Shown here: piece after piece, positions 30,092-38,744 of the stretch | Layout: each line of letters starts with the position of its first letter | Numbering within the stretch: position 1 is the stretch's first letter | From: Candidatus Fraserbacteria bacterium | GTDB lineage: Bacteria; Bipolaricaulota; Bipolaricaulia; RBG-16-55-9; DRXL01 | NCBI GenBank assembly: GCA_037440025.1 | Contig: JBBIUX010000002.1 | Coordinates: 82,975-146,974, forward strand | Length of the DNA: 64,000 bases | Reading direction: 5' to 3' | The notes under the pieces: model-generated | Told to the model about the DNA's origin: nothing | What the model saw: only the letters and a program-made list of their open reading frames with translations | Databases searched by the model: none | Position numbers and translations under genes: made by a program

Positions 30092-32110
30092 ATGGCGTTC
30101 GCCTGGACTCCTACACCCGAGTACATCGAGCACAGCAACATCTGGCGCTTCATGCAGAAATATAATATCACAGACTACGCCGAGCTTGTCCGACGCTCGA
30201 CCGACGAGATCGAATGGTTCTGGGACGCCATCGTCAAAGAGTTGCAAATCGAGTTCTTCACACCCTACAGACAAGTCTTAGACGTCTCCCAGGGGATCCC
30301 GTGGGCCAAGTGGTTCGTCGGCGGGAAGATCAATATTGCCCACAATTGCGTAGATAAGCATGCTCACGCTCGCCCAGAGAAGATCGCGCTCATCTGGGAG
30401 GGGGAAGACCGAAGCGTCCGGCGGCTCACCTACCGAGAACTCTACGAGCAGACGAATCGCTTGGCCAACGCCCTCAAGAGACTGGGTATCGTGAAGGGAG
30501 ATCGTGTCGGGATCTTTATGCCCATGCTGCCCGAGACGGTCATGGCTCTCTTAGCGTGCGCCAAGATTGGTGCGATCTGTACCCCGATCTTTTCGGGTTT
30601 TGGCGCTCACGCCGTGGCCGCACGGCTGAATGACTGTGAGGCCAAGCTCCTGATCACGGCTGAGAGCTTCTCGCGCAAGGGAGCGCGCATCGAGATGGGC
30701 AAGATCGCCCAAGAGGCCGTCAGGCTCAGCCCGACGGTAGAGCATCTGATTGTCTGTGAGCAGCGGGCCCTCACCCCCGACCCGGACCTAACCCCAACCC
30801 CTTCCCTAACTAAGGGAAGGGGCTCCCCTCCCTCTTTAGGGGAGGGGCTGGGGGAGAGGTCAAGGGAAGGGGGCCAGGGGGGTAGGTCGGTCAGATGGCA
30901 CGAGCTCACTCAGCGAGAACCTTCAGAATGCCCCACAGAGCAGACAGACTCCGAAGACCCGTTTATGATCATCTATACGTCGGGGACGACGGGCCGGCCC
31001 AAGGGCGCTGTGCACGTTCATGGGGGATTTTTGGTGAAGATCGCTCAAGAAGTGGCCCATCAAGTCGATCTCCATCCCGAAGATATTCTCTACTGGGTGA
31101 CGGACATGGGTTGGATCATGGGGCCCTGGGAGGTCGTGGGCGGGTTGGCCTTGGGTGGCACAGTCTTTCTCTATGAGGGAGCACCGGACTATCCCCACGT
31201 AGACCGATTATGGGAGATGGTCGAGCGCCATAAGATCTCTATTTTGGGTATTTCGCCGACGCTGATTCGGGCGCTGATGAAGTTCGGCGAAGGTCCGATC
31301 AAAAAGCATAATCTCAGCAGTCTGAGAATTTTAGCTTCGACGGGGGAGCCGTGGAACCCCGCTCCGTGGCTATGGTTCTTTGAGCACGTCGGCGGCAGGC
31401 GCTGTCCTATTATTAATCTTTCCGGAGGGACGGAGGTCGGGGCGTGCTTCTTATCGCCCTTGCCCATTACGCCCTTAAAACCCTGTGCCTTGGTCGGCCC
31501 GGCGTTGGGGATGGCTGTAGACGTCTTCGACGCGGACGGCCATCCGTTGCGTGGCGGCGTTGGGGAGTTAGTCTGTAAAAAGCCTTGGCCGGGGATGACT
31601 CGCGGGGTCTGGAAGGACCCGGAGCGATATATTCAGACCTATTGGTCGCGCTGGGAGAACGTCTGGGTGCATGGGGACTGGGCTTCGATTGACGCGGACG
31701 GCTTGTGGTATCTGCACGGGCGCAGTGACGATACGATAAAAATTGCGGGGAAGCGTCTTGGGCCGGCGGAGATCGAGTCTGTGTTGGTGGGCCATCCAGG
31801 AGTGGCCGAGTCGGCAGCCATCGGCGTACCGCACGAATTGAAGGGTGAAGCCATCTGGTGCTATGCCGTTTTGAGGCCAGGCTATGAGCCCAATGACGCT
31901 TTGAGGAAGGAGCTACGCGAGCGGGTCATAGAAGCCTTGGGCAAGTCCTTTGCGCCGGAGCAGATAAAATTTGTCCAAGAGCTGCCCAAGACGCGCAACG
32001 CCAAGATTCTCCGCCGGGCGATCCGCGCGAAAGTTTTGGGCCAAGAGTTGGGCGATCTTTCTAATCTTGAGAACCCTCAGGCGTTGGAGGAGATCGCTCA
32101 AGCTGTGTGA
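30092..32110 (+). CDS. acs: Acetyl-CoA synthetase-like AMP-forming acyl-CoA synthetase
   Basis: 672 aa with the AMP-binding motif IIYTSGTTGRPKG and ACS-like N- and C-termini. A low-complexity insertion of about 35 aa is encoded by a palindromic repeat. Confidence 0.85.
   Translation: MAFAWTPTPEYIEHSNIWRFMQKYNITDYAELVRRSTDEIEWFWDAIVKELQIEFFTPYRQVLDVSQGIPWAKWFVGGKINIAHNCVDKHAHARPEKIALIWEGEDRSVRRLTYRELYEQTNRLANALKRLGIVKGDRVGIFMPMLPETVMALLACAKIGAICTPIFSGFGAHAVAARLNDCEAKLLITAESFSRKGARIEMGKIAQEAVRLSPTVEHLIVCEQRALTPDPDLTPTPSLTKGRGSPPSLGEGLGERSREGGQGGRSVRWHELTQREPSECPTEQTDSEDPFMIIYTSGTTGRPKGAVHVHGGFLVKIAQEVAHQVDLHPEDILYWVTDMGWIMGPWEVVGGLALGGTVFLYEGAPDYPHVDRLWEMVERHKISILGISPTLIRALMKFGEGPIKKHNLSSLRILASTGEPWNPAPWLWFFEHVGGRRCPIINLSGGTEVGACFLSPLPITPLKPCALVGPALGMAVDVFDADGHPLRGGVGELVCKKPWPGMTRGVWKDPERYIQTYWSRWENVWVHGDWASIDADGLWYLHGRSDDTIKIAGKRLGPAEIESVLVGHPGVAESAAIGVPHELKGEAIWCYAVLRPGYEPNDALRKELRERVIEALGKSFAPEQIKFVQELPKTRNAKILRRAIRAKVLGQELGDLSNLENPQALEEIAQAV
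30770..30895. repeat. GC-rich nested palindromic element (copy in-frame inside acs)
   Basis: Hairpins CCCCTTCCC-taactaa-GGGAAGGGG and CCCCTCCC-tcttta-GGGGAGGGG, with outer CCGGACCTAACCCC / GGGGGGTAGGTCGG. Translated as ...TPTPSLTKGRGSPPSLGEGLGERSREGGQGG.... Confidence 0.6.
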
Positions 32111-32232
32111 AAGCAGGGGGCACGGTGCGCTATGCTCTCTAAGCAGCTCTTCCATACTCATGGGGCGTGAGTCGTTGAGCATGAGCATCATACCTCCTAG
32201 GATTTCGACTCACGCCGCCTGGGGCAACCCCC

Positions 32233-32290
32233 CTGCTCAGGCTCATCTTGCATGAGAAAGAAGGGCGGGCTTCAGGCTCATCTTGCGTGA
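32233..32290 (+). repeat. Direct repeats CAGGCTCATCTTGC(A/G)TGAGA, two copies 38 bp apart, spanning the start of the first paralog gene
   Basis: Copies at 32233-32252 and 32271-32290. The second contains the TTG start of ORF 32283. Confidence 0.5.
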
Positions 32291-32783
32291 GACAAGACTA
32301 TCGTTAGGGTGGGTCGGCGGCCTCTCCCAGACGTCGCAGATCGTCACCATCAACGTCAGCCAATCGCTCTATCTGGACTGCTCAGCCTCGGCAAACATCA
32401 CCTATACCGTCACTCAGAGCAATATCGAGGGCTCACAACCGTTCAACATCGGGACGTGGAGCTGCAACGTGGACTCGCTGACGAATTTCACATTGAGCGC
32501 CGATATGACCATGACGTCTACAGCAGATATTCTCAATTCGAGTGCTGATGATTTCTCCGAGACCTGTACGACAGCTTCTGGCGGCGGCACTCCAATCTGT
32601 GGCGCGGGCGGCACCTTTGGCCCGATCACCCTGGGCAGCGGCGGCAATACTGCTGGGAGTTTAGGCGCAGTTCTTTCAGGGAACGTCTGGCTCAACGTGA
32701 GCGACTGGGATGTCAAGTCCATCCCGCCAACACGAAGCGTCAGCGGGACGATCAATTACTCCGTGTCAGACTCGACACCATAG
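32283..32783 (+). CDS. Small paralog 1 of a secreted-protein triad (degenerate N-terminus, no intact signal peptide)
   Basis: TTG start. Shares QSLYLDC, W(S/G)CNVD, the ADDF...C pair, WDV and the C-terminal GTINYSVSDSTP motif with paralogs 2 and 3. Its N-terminus aligns only to the end of the paralog-3 signal peptide. Confidence 0.5.
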   Translation: MRETRLSLGWVGGLSQTSQIVTINVSQSLYLDCSASANITYTVTQSNIEGSQPFNIGTWSCNVDSLTNFTLSADMTMTSTADILNSSADDFSETCTTASGGGTPICGAGGTFGPITLGSGGNTAGSLGAVLSGNVWLNVSDWDVKSIPPTRSVSGTINYSVSDSTP

Positions 32784-32813
32784 CGCAAAAATCTTGAAAG
32801 TAGGGCATGCATC

Positions 32814-33368
32814 ATGACCAGAAAGCTTCTCATCGCGCTGCTCGTCGGGGCTATCGGCTTATCTCTGTCCTCGGGGCTAGTCGCCCAGCAGAACGTGACT
32901 ATCGAGATCGGCCAGTCGCTCTATCTTGACTGTGTGCCTCCGGTTCAGCCGGGAGATATTTATTATATCATCTTGCAGGCTGATATCGAAGCGCCACAGC
33001 CCATTGACATCGGCGACTGGGGCTGCAACGTTGATGCCGTGACACAATACAGACTGAACTCTCAGTTCACGTCCTTCTCTGCGCCCTATGTTGTCAACGC
33101 CGACACATCCGACTTCACGGCTGACTGCTATAGTGCTGACGACTTCGGCGCTTGTGCACCAAATCAGTCGCTCACGATGGGCGATGTAGACCCCAACACG
33201 CGACGCGGCACGGGCTACAACACCGCCGGCACAGATGGCGCGGACTTTGAGGGCGATATTTTCGTGAACATGGGCGTCGGCCCCGCAGGCTGGGATGTTC
33301 AGTCCTCACAGCTGCCCGTCTTTGTGACCGGCACGATCACCTACACGGTGACGGATACTACTCCCTAA
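32814..33368 (+). CDS. Small secreted paralog 2
   Basis: Signal peptide MTRKLLIALLVGAIGLSLSSGLVAQQ, two Cys pairs, and C-terminal VTGTITYTVTDTTP. Confidence 0.6.
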   Translation: MTRKLLIALLVGAIGLSLSSGLVAQQNVTIEIGQSLYLDCVPPVQPGDIYYIILQADIEAPQPIDIGDWGCNVDAVTQYRLNSQFTSFSAPYVVNADTSDFTADCYSADDFGACAPNQSLTMGDVDPNTRRGTGYNTAGTDGADFEGDIFVNMGVGPAGWDVQSSQLPVFVTGTITYTVTDTTP

Positions 33369-33405
33369 CGAGCTTAAGTATCGCTAGAATCTGGGGGAGA
33401 TTTTT

Positions 33406-33930
33406 ATGAGGACTCCAAGGGTCACCGTGGTGCTGATGCTCTTGACCGCGCTGCTCCCCTGGGGCGGCTTGGCTCAGACGAGCCAAACTGTGCGCGTGAC
33501 GCTCGTCATCCCCCAGCCGCTCTTCATCCAAGCCGTTATCCCATCTATTACGGTCGAGATCACGCCCTTGGAGATCGAGGGGCCGCAGCCGTTCAAGATC
33601 GGCGATTGGCACGTCAACATTGACGCTCTGACGCCCTACCGGCTCAACTCGTCGGTCGTGACCGTAGACACGAATATCTTCGATGCCGGGCCTGAAGACT
33701 TTTCCACCGATTGCGATTTCGCTGACGACTTCGGCGTCTGCACGGATAAGACGTCGCTGTCGGAGCCCGATCCCCAGAACCGCCGCGGCTTTGGGGAGAA
33801 CACCGCAGGGCTCAATGGCGCAGACTTTAGGGGCGAGATCTTCTTGGATATTCGCTCGTGGGACGTGAGCACGCTGCCGGGATTCTATCTCGGTGTCATT
33901 CTCTTTACGACGACAGACACGACACCTTAG
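33406..33930 (+). CDS. Small secreted paralog 3
   Basis: Signal peptide MRTPRVTVVLMLLTALLPWGGLAQTSQ, the Cys pair TDC...GVC, and C-terminal ...TTTDTTP. Confidence 0.6.
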   Translation: MRTPRVTVVLMLLTALLPWGGLAQTSQTVRVTLVIPQPLFIQAVIPSITVEITPLEIEGPQPFKIGDWHVNIDALTPYRLNSSVVTVDTNIFDAGPEDFSTDCDFADDFGVCTDKTSLSEPDPQNRRGFGENTAGLNGADFRGEIFLDIRSWDVSTLPGFYLGVILFTTTDTTP

Positions 33931-33939
33931 GAGTAGAGC

Positions 33940-34863
33940 ATGAAGCTCATACGTGCCTTGGGATTGCTTGTGCTCGTGCTCACCGTGGGGAGCTTGCTTG
34001 TGCAGGCCGTCTCCCAAGGCCCAAACTATGCCAGCACTTTTTCTAATGTAGGGTGGACAGACCCCTCTAACGCTACGGGCACCCCAGATAATCTCTGCGC
34101 GTCGCGCAGCGCTCCCGGAGGAGCATTAGATCTCACAGGTTTTGGCTTCACCATCCCCGATGCAGCCGTCATTCAGGGGATCACCGTCGAAGTGAAATTT
34201 GCTGGCTCTGATACTACTGATGGCGTACGAGCGCGCCTGCTCAAGGGCGGATCTCCCGTGGGCAATACCCAAGATATTTTCGGGGTCGCAGGGCAGACCG
34301 ACTGCAGCACCAGTGCCTTCCGCACAGTGGGCAGCCCCACGGATCTCTGGGGCACCACCTGGACCGCCACAGAGATCAACGCCGCAAACTTTGGGGTGCG
34401 CCTGTCAAAACTCGGTTCCACAGGCACTTCGTATGTGGACTCCGTGCGCATCACGGTTGAATACCAAGACGTGATGACCGTGACCGTGATCTCTGGCGGG
34501 GCGCTCTCGGCCAACGTCAATAGCGCTTCCGTCGTCGAGTCCGGCAAGGTCGAGTTTCTCAGTCAGACGACGCTGCAAGTCGTCTCGACGAAGAACTGGC
34601 GCGTCCGGGCCGTTGCATCGGTGACAAGCTACCCCCCTGGAGCCGATGACCCCACGGGCAACGCCGTCGAAGTGAAGAATTATCTGGGGAATTTCGAGCC
34701 TGCGGGGAGCCTCCCCGGCGTCATCGTGGCCACGGGTACACCGACCCCAGCCGGCGGCGTGACCGTGAACGTTGATATGCGGGTGATGCTCGATGATTTT
34801 GGCGACGGCAAGATCGGCTCGTATCAGTTTACCGTGAATTACTCTATCGAAGAAGATATCTGA
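33940..34863 (+). CDS. Secreted two-domain protein; the C-terminal domain shows WxL-like features
   Basis: Signal peptide MKLIRALGLLVLVLTVGSLLVQA. C-terminal domain has ...STKNWRVRAVAS... and terminal ...YQFTVNYSIEEDI. AGGAG RBS. Confidence 0.55.
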   Translation: MKLIRALGLLVLVLTVGSLLVQAVSQGPNYASTFSNVGWTDPSNATGTPDNLCASRSAPGGALDLTGFGFTIPDAAVIQGITVEVKFAGSDTTDGVRARLLKGGSPVGNTQDIFGVAGQTDCSTSAFRTVGSPTDLWGTTWTATEINAANFGVRLSKLGSTGTSYVDSVRITVEYQDVMTVTVISGGALSANVNSASVVESGKVEFLSQTTLQVVSTKNWRVRAVASVTSYPPGADDPTGNAVEVKNYLGNFEPAGSLPGVIVATGTPTPAGGVTVNVDMRVMLDDFGDGKIGSYQFTVNYSIEEDI

Positions 34864-34875
34864 AGGGGTGTCTCT

Positions 34876-35700
34876 ATGAGCAAGAGCGTGGTGCGATGGA
34901 GCTTTCTCGCTGTATTGCTGTGGGCCAGCTCGCTCATTGTGCAGGCCCAGATCGGCATATCTGCTCTCAGTGTGGACGTCAATCTCCCTCCCGGAGGCAG
35001 TTTTACCGGAGCGTTTGAAGTGATCAACAGCAGCGATCAGCCCCGCGAGTTCACCGTCGAACTGAAAGATTATGAGAGAAATATCGAGGGCGGCTTGGTC
35101 CTCCTCAATCCGGGGACGCACCAGCGCTCGCTCGCCAAGTTCTTATCGTTTACCCCGGCGCAGTTTGCGCTTGCCCCCAAGCAGAAACAGCTTATCACAT
35201 TCAAGATCGAGATTCCTGCGACGAAGCGTGGGCCGCACTGGGCGGCGCTCGCTGTGACGAGTCCAGCGCCGTCGTCGGGCGCTCAGCCGCCGCCTCCGCC
35301 GCCGGGACAGCAGCCTTCTATTCCCGTCAGTATCGGCACAGCCGAACAATTTGTCGTCAAAATTCGCCATACTGATCCAACAAACGCTGTCAATCGCGGT
35401 CGAATTGTAAGCGTACAGACGTTGCTGCCGGAGCGCGACAAGCCCTTGCGCATCGTCGTCGAGTACGAGAACACCGGGACAACATTTCAAATAGCAAAGA
35501 CGCAGCTACGCATTGTGAACGCCAATGGGGAGATCGTTGTGCAGAAAGCAGCCGAAGAAATGGCGATGCTCCCCGGCGGCAAGCGACGCTTGGAGATCCC
35601 CGTGACGGAGAGATTGCCGTCGGGAACGTACTTGGCGTTGGTGATCATTGATTTTGGCGGCGACTTTTTAGTTGCCGGGCAGGTGCGGTTTCAGATTTGA
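34876..35700 (+). CDS. Secreted protein with two Ig-like beta-sandwich domains joined by a Pro-rich linker (DUF916/DUF3324-like, or chaperone-like)
   Basis: Signal peptide, domain 1 (...FTVELKDY...LITFKIEIP...), linker SPAPSSGAQPPPPPPGQQP, domain 2 (...IVVEYENTGTTFQIAKTQLRIVNANGEIVV...LPSGTYLALVIIDFGGD...). No C-terminal membrane anchor. Confidence 0.55.
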   Translation: MSKSVVRWSFLAVLLWASSLIVQAQIGISALSVDVNLPPGGSFTGAFEVINSSDQPREFTVELKDYERNIEGGLVLLNPGTHQRSLAKFLSFTPAQFALAPKQKQLITFKIEIPATKRGPHWAALAVTSPAPSSGAQPPPPPPGQQPSIPVSIGTAEQFVVKIRHTDPTNAVNRGRIVSVQTLLPERDKPLRIVVEYENTGTTFQIAKTQLRIVNANGEIVVQKAAEEMAMLPGGKRRLEIPVTERLPSGTYLALVIIDFGGDFLVAGQVRFQI

Positions 35701-35709
35701 AAAAATATA

Positions 35710-35796
35710 CCCCCTCACCCCGGATGGAGGTTCGCAAGTTCGCGAGTTCACGGGTTCGAACTCGTGAACCTTCGAACCCCCTTGAGGGGTGAGGGT
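35710..35796. repeat. GC-rich nested palindromic element (intergenic copy)
   Basis: CCCCTCACCCC ... inner palindrome GAGTTCACGGGTTCGAACTCGTGAAC ... GGGGTGAGGGTG. Confidence 0.55.
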
Positions 35797-35813
35797 GCAT
35801 CAGGGAGGCTTTC

Positions 35814-38744
35814 ATGGTGAAGAGAGCGTGTGCGGGGATTGCGCTCGTGCTCATGGCGGTTTGCACAGCCCTTGCCCAAGGGCAGCCCATTGAGCTGATT
35901 GCGCCGCCGCCACGCTCGACCCTGCCCGGCGATATCGTCACCCTCACGTTTTTGGCCATCAACCGCGGAACAGCAGCCGATACTTATCTCTTCTCGGTAG
36001 ACGCACCGGCAACCTTTCAGGTCATCGGGGCGATCCCGCCGCTGACGCTCGCCCCCGGCGCTCAGGAGCCGGTCTTCGTCACCCTGCTCGTTTTGCAAGA
36101 GGCGCCCGCTGGAACGTACACTATCGCGCTCGAAGCCGTCTCTCAGGGCGACCCTGCTGTGAGAGCCCGCGCCCAGACGACGATCACCATCGAGAAGACC
36201 GCCGGGGTCATAGTGCGTGCCCCCGATTCCCAAGAAGTCGACCCCGGCAGCGAAGTGATTCTCTCGTTCAGTGTGACCAACCGGGGCAACGTTATAGACG
36301 CATTCCGGCTGGAGGCTTTCACGCCACGGGGCTTTGCGACGCGCGTTGAGCCGGGGCTGGTGGAGCTGCTGCCGGGCGAGACGCGCTCGGTCTTGGTTAC
36401 TGTAAGAATTCCCCAAGACGCCCCGGCGGGGTTTGAGCCGGTCACGCTTACGGCGGTCTCGCTGCGCAGCGAAGGGGTACAAGCCAACGGTGCGACGACG
36501 CTGATCATTCTGCCGCCGGAAGCTGCCAAAGTCCCCACAGCGCTTCACTTGCTCGCCCCCGCGGAGCTCGCCGTGAGTGCTAACGTCGCCTTGAGCAGCA
36601 GTACCTTGACCCCGCTCATCTCGTTTCTGACCTACGCGACGCTGCCCGAAGAGCAACGCTTTAGTTTCAAGATCACAATCTCGGATATTGTGCGATCTCA
36701 GATTCCTTCTGGCTTGCCCATCAGCGTGAAAGAGTTTTTCTTCACCTCGCAGCGCGAGACGTTCTTTGTGCATCTGGGGGATCTCCCGCAGTCGCCCTTG
36801 ATCTATAACGCGCTGCCGCGACGCGGCGTCGAGCTGGGATTCACGAATTTCTTTTCGCTGATGGCGACGTTTGAAGACCAAGATGGGGATTTCACCCAAG
36901 AGCAGAAAGCCCTAGCTTTGAACTTCAACGGGGCGAGCGTGCGGGCGTCGCTGGCACGTCTCAGCGTCTTCGGTGCTACTCCCTACACGCTCACGGCAGC
37001 GAACTTCCGCAGCGGCGTGCTCGCTGCCGAAGGAGCCGTCGCCGAAGTGAGTGCTGGCCTGCGCCGCATGTTCTTCTTGCGTGCCGCTCCCTCGTTCTTC
37101 GGGGTGACATTGGGTGGGGAATACTTGCGAGTTGAACCGGACTTCCCTAGCTTGACCGGTGTGCCCGCTGTCATATCTGATACCCAGATCTGGTCGCTCT
37201 TCGGCACCGGATCGGCCGGAGCACTGGCGTTCGGTGCCCTGGTCTCCGGCAAGAGAACCGATCTCTTCAGCCAGCCAACTATCCAAGAGCTCACCGCTAT
37301 CACATCGCAAGGGCGGCTTATTATAAGAAGTTTCTTACTGGGGTTGCCCAGCGTCTTCTTCGACGTCAAATTCATCTCTCGACGGAGCAACGATCCCCCG
37401 TTTGCGCCCTTGAGCACCGACGAGGATATCAAATCTCTCACGATTGCTGACATCGCCAGCCCCATCAGCTATGTGCTGACTTTCCAGAGTAATCTCTTCC
37501 GGGACAATCTCAATCCCGCTAATAATACTGATACGTTCGAGTTCTCCAGCTCGCTCATTACGCGCCCGTTGCTAGGCGTTGAAGGGCTTTCGCTTAATCT
37601 GAGTGCCAAGGGCACTTTCCAAGTCGACCCTAATACGAACACCACGCTCGATCATCAGGTGACGGTCATCGGGCGCTTGGCGTTCACGACCGCTCGCGTC
37701 TCCATGTTCTTGCTTTTGGGGCTGAACACGAATCTGCTCTACTCGTTCTTCTCGAGCTACTTCGGGTCGTTCAGCGCGACGCTCTTCGGCCCGGTGAGCG
37801 CCTCGTTCTCGTTTGCCTTCACCGAGCCGTCGTCGCTCAGCTTTACTCTCGAAGTGCGCACGAAGTTCGCCATGCCCTTCGAGTCTGTGATCATCAAGGG
37901 GCGCGTCGAGGGCTATCTCTTCGTAGACTTAAACAACAACGGCCAACGCGATCAGGGCGAACCTGGCGTCAAAGACGCGCTCTTACGATTAGACAATCAA
38001 CTCGCTCGCACCGATGCCCAAGGGTACTTCAGGTTCCCGCCCGTCGCCCCCGGCTCATACAGAGTCGAGATCGCACGAGCGCCCGTGGGCCTCGTCCCGA
38101 CCGTGCCTCTGCCCGTCTCAGTGGCGGTCGCCGTCGGACAAGTAGTCTCTTTAGAAATCCCCATGCGCTCGGTGGGCATCGTCACTGGACGAGTCTTCGA
38201 CGACAAGAACCGCAACGGCAAAGCCGATCCTGATGAACCCGGTTTAGCCAATGTGCGCGTCTTCGCCGTCGGCGCAACAAGCGTCGAAACCCGCTCCGGC
38301 GCCAACGGCCAGTACGTCTTGCAGGTGCCGCCGGGCAGCTACACCGTGACGTTGGATCGAACGACCCTGCCCAAGCGCTATGAGCCGACGACGCCGCTCA
38401 GCGCGACCGTGACAGTACAAACCGGCCAGACGGTCACTCTAGATTTCGGCGCGTACGAAGTCCCGCGCCCGGTGCTCTTTGCCCCCATCGCTGACTTTAC
38501 GTTCACACTGGCTCAGCCCAGAGTCGGCGAGAGAGTGCTCTTCGACGCGTCGGCGTCTACAGACAGCGACGGCCAGATCGTGCGCTACGAGTGGGACTTC
38601 AACGGCGACGGCAAGCCCGATGCTGTGGGCAAGATCGTCGAGTGGACTTTCACCAGAGCGGGCGACTTCCCCGTCAAACTCACGGTCACGGACAACGACG
38701 ATCTCCAGAATTCTATTACCAAGACCGTCCCCGTGCGGCCATGA
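35814..38744 (+). CDS. Large secreted multidomain protein: N-terminal CARDB/DUF11-like Ig repeats, beta-strand-rich core, three Cna-B/SdrD-B-like domains, C-terminal PKD domain
   Basis: Signal peptide MVKRACAGIALVLMAVCTALAQG. Repeats with PG(T/S)Y...I...A.S. The central roughly 350 aa are rich in alternating F/S/T/L. Three ...DxNxNGxxDxGExG...TDAxGxYxF..PGxYxV... modules. ...RYEWDFNGDGKPDAVG...FPVKLTVTDNDDL... is a PKD domain. Confidence 0.65.
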   Translation: MVKRACAGIALVLMAVCTALAQGQPIELIAPPPRSTLPGDIVTLTFLAINRGTAADTYLFSVDAPATFQVIGAIPPLTLAPGAQEPVFVTLLVLQEAPAGTYTIALEAVSQGDPAVRARAQTTITIEKTAGVIVRAPDSQEVDPGSEVILSFSVTNRGNVIDAFRLEAFTPRGFATRVEPGLVELLPGETRSVLVTVRIPQDAPAGFEPVTLTAVSLRSEGVQANGATTLIILPPEAAKVPTALHLLAPAELAVSANVALSSSTLTPLISFLTYATLPEEQRFSFKITISDIVRSQIPSGLPISVKEFFFTSQRETFFVHLGDLPQSPLIYNALPRRGVELGFTNFFSLMATFEDQDGDFTQEQKALALNFNGASVRASLARLSVFGATPYTLTAANFRSGVLAAEGAVAEVSAGLRRMFFLRAAPSFFGVTLGGEYLRVEPDFPSLTGVPAVISDTQIWSLFGTGSAGALAFGALVSGKRTDLFSQPTIQELTAITSQGRLIIRSFLLGLPSVFFDVKFISRRSNDPPFAPLSTDEDIKSLTIADIASPISYVLTFQSNLFRDNLNPANNTDTFEFSSSLITRPLLGVEGLSLNLSAKGTFQVDPNTNTTLDHQVTVIGRLAFTTARVSMFLLLGLNTNLLYSFFSSYFGSFSATLFGPVSASFSFAFTEPSSLSFTLEVRTKFAMPFESVIIKGRVEGYLFVDLNNNGQRDQGEPGVKDALLRLDNQLARTDAQGYFRFPPVAPGSYRVEIARAPVGLVPTVPLPVSVAVAVGQVVSLEIPMRSVGIVTGRVFDDKNRNGKADPDEPGLANVRVFAVGATSVETRSGANGQYVLQVPPGSYTVTLDRTTLPKRYEPTTPLSATVTVQTGQTVTLDFGAYEVPRPVLFAPIADFTFTLAQPRVGERVLFDASASTDSDGQIVRYEWDFNGDGKPDAVGKIVEWTFTRAGDFPVKLTVTDNDDLQNSITKTVPVRP

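Noticed and set aside
33358-35121. 219-aa and 238-aa minus-strand ORFs
   Set aside because: Antisense to the paralog genes and to the 307-aa and 274-aa genes, which have signal peptides and RBSs on the plus strand.
35748-36899. 383-aa minus-strand ORF
   Set aside because: It is antisense within the 976-aa multidomain gene, and its product is an Arg/Gly-rich low-complexity sequence.
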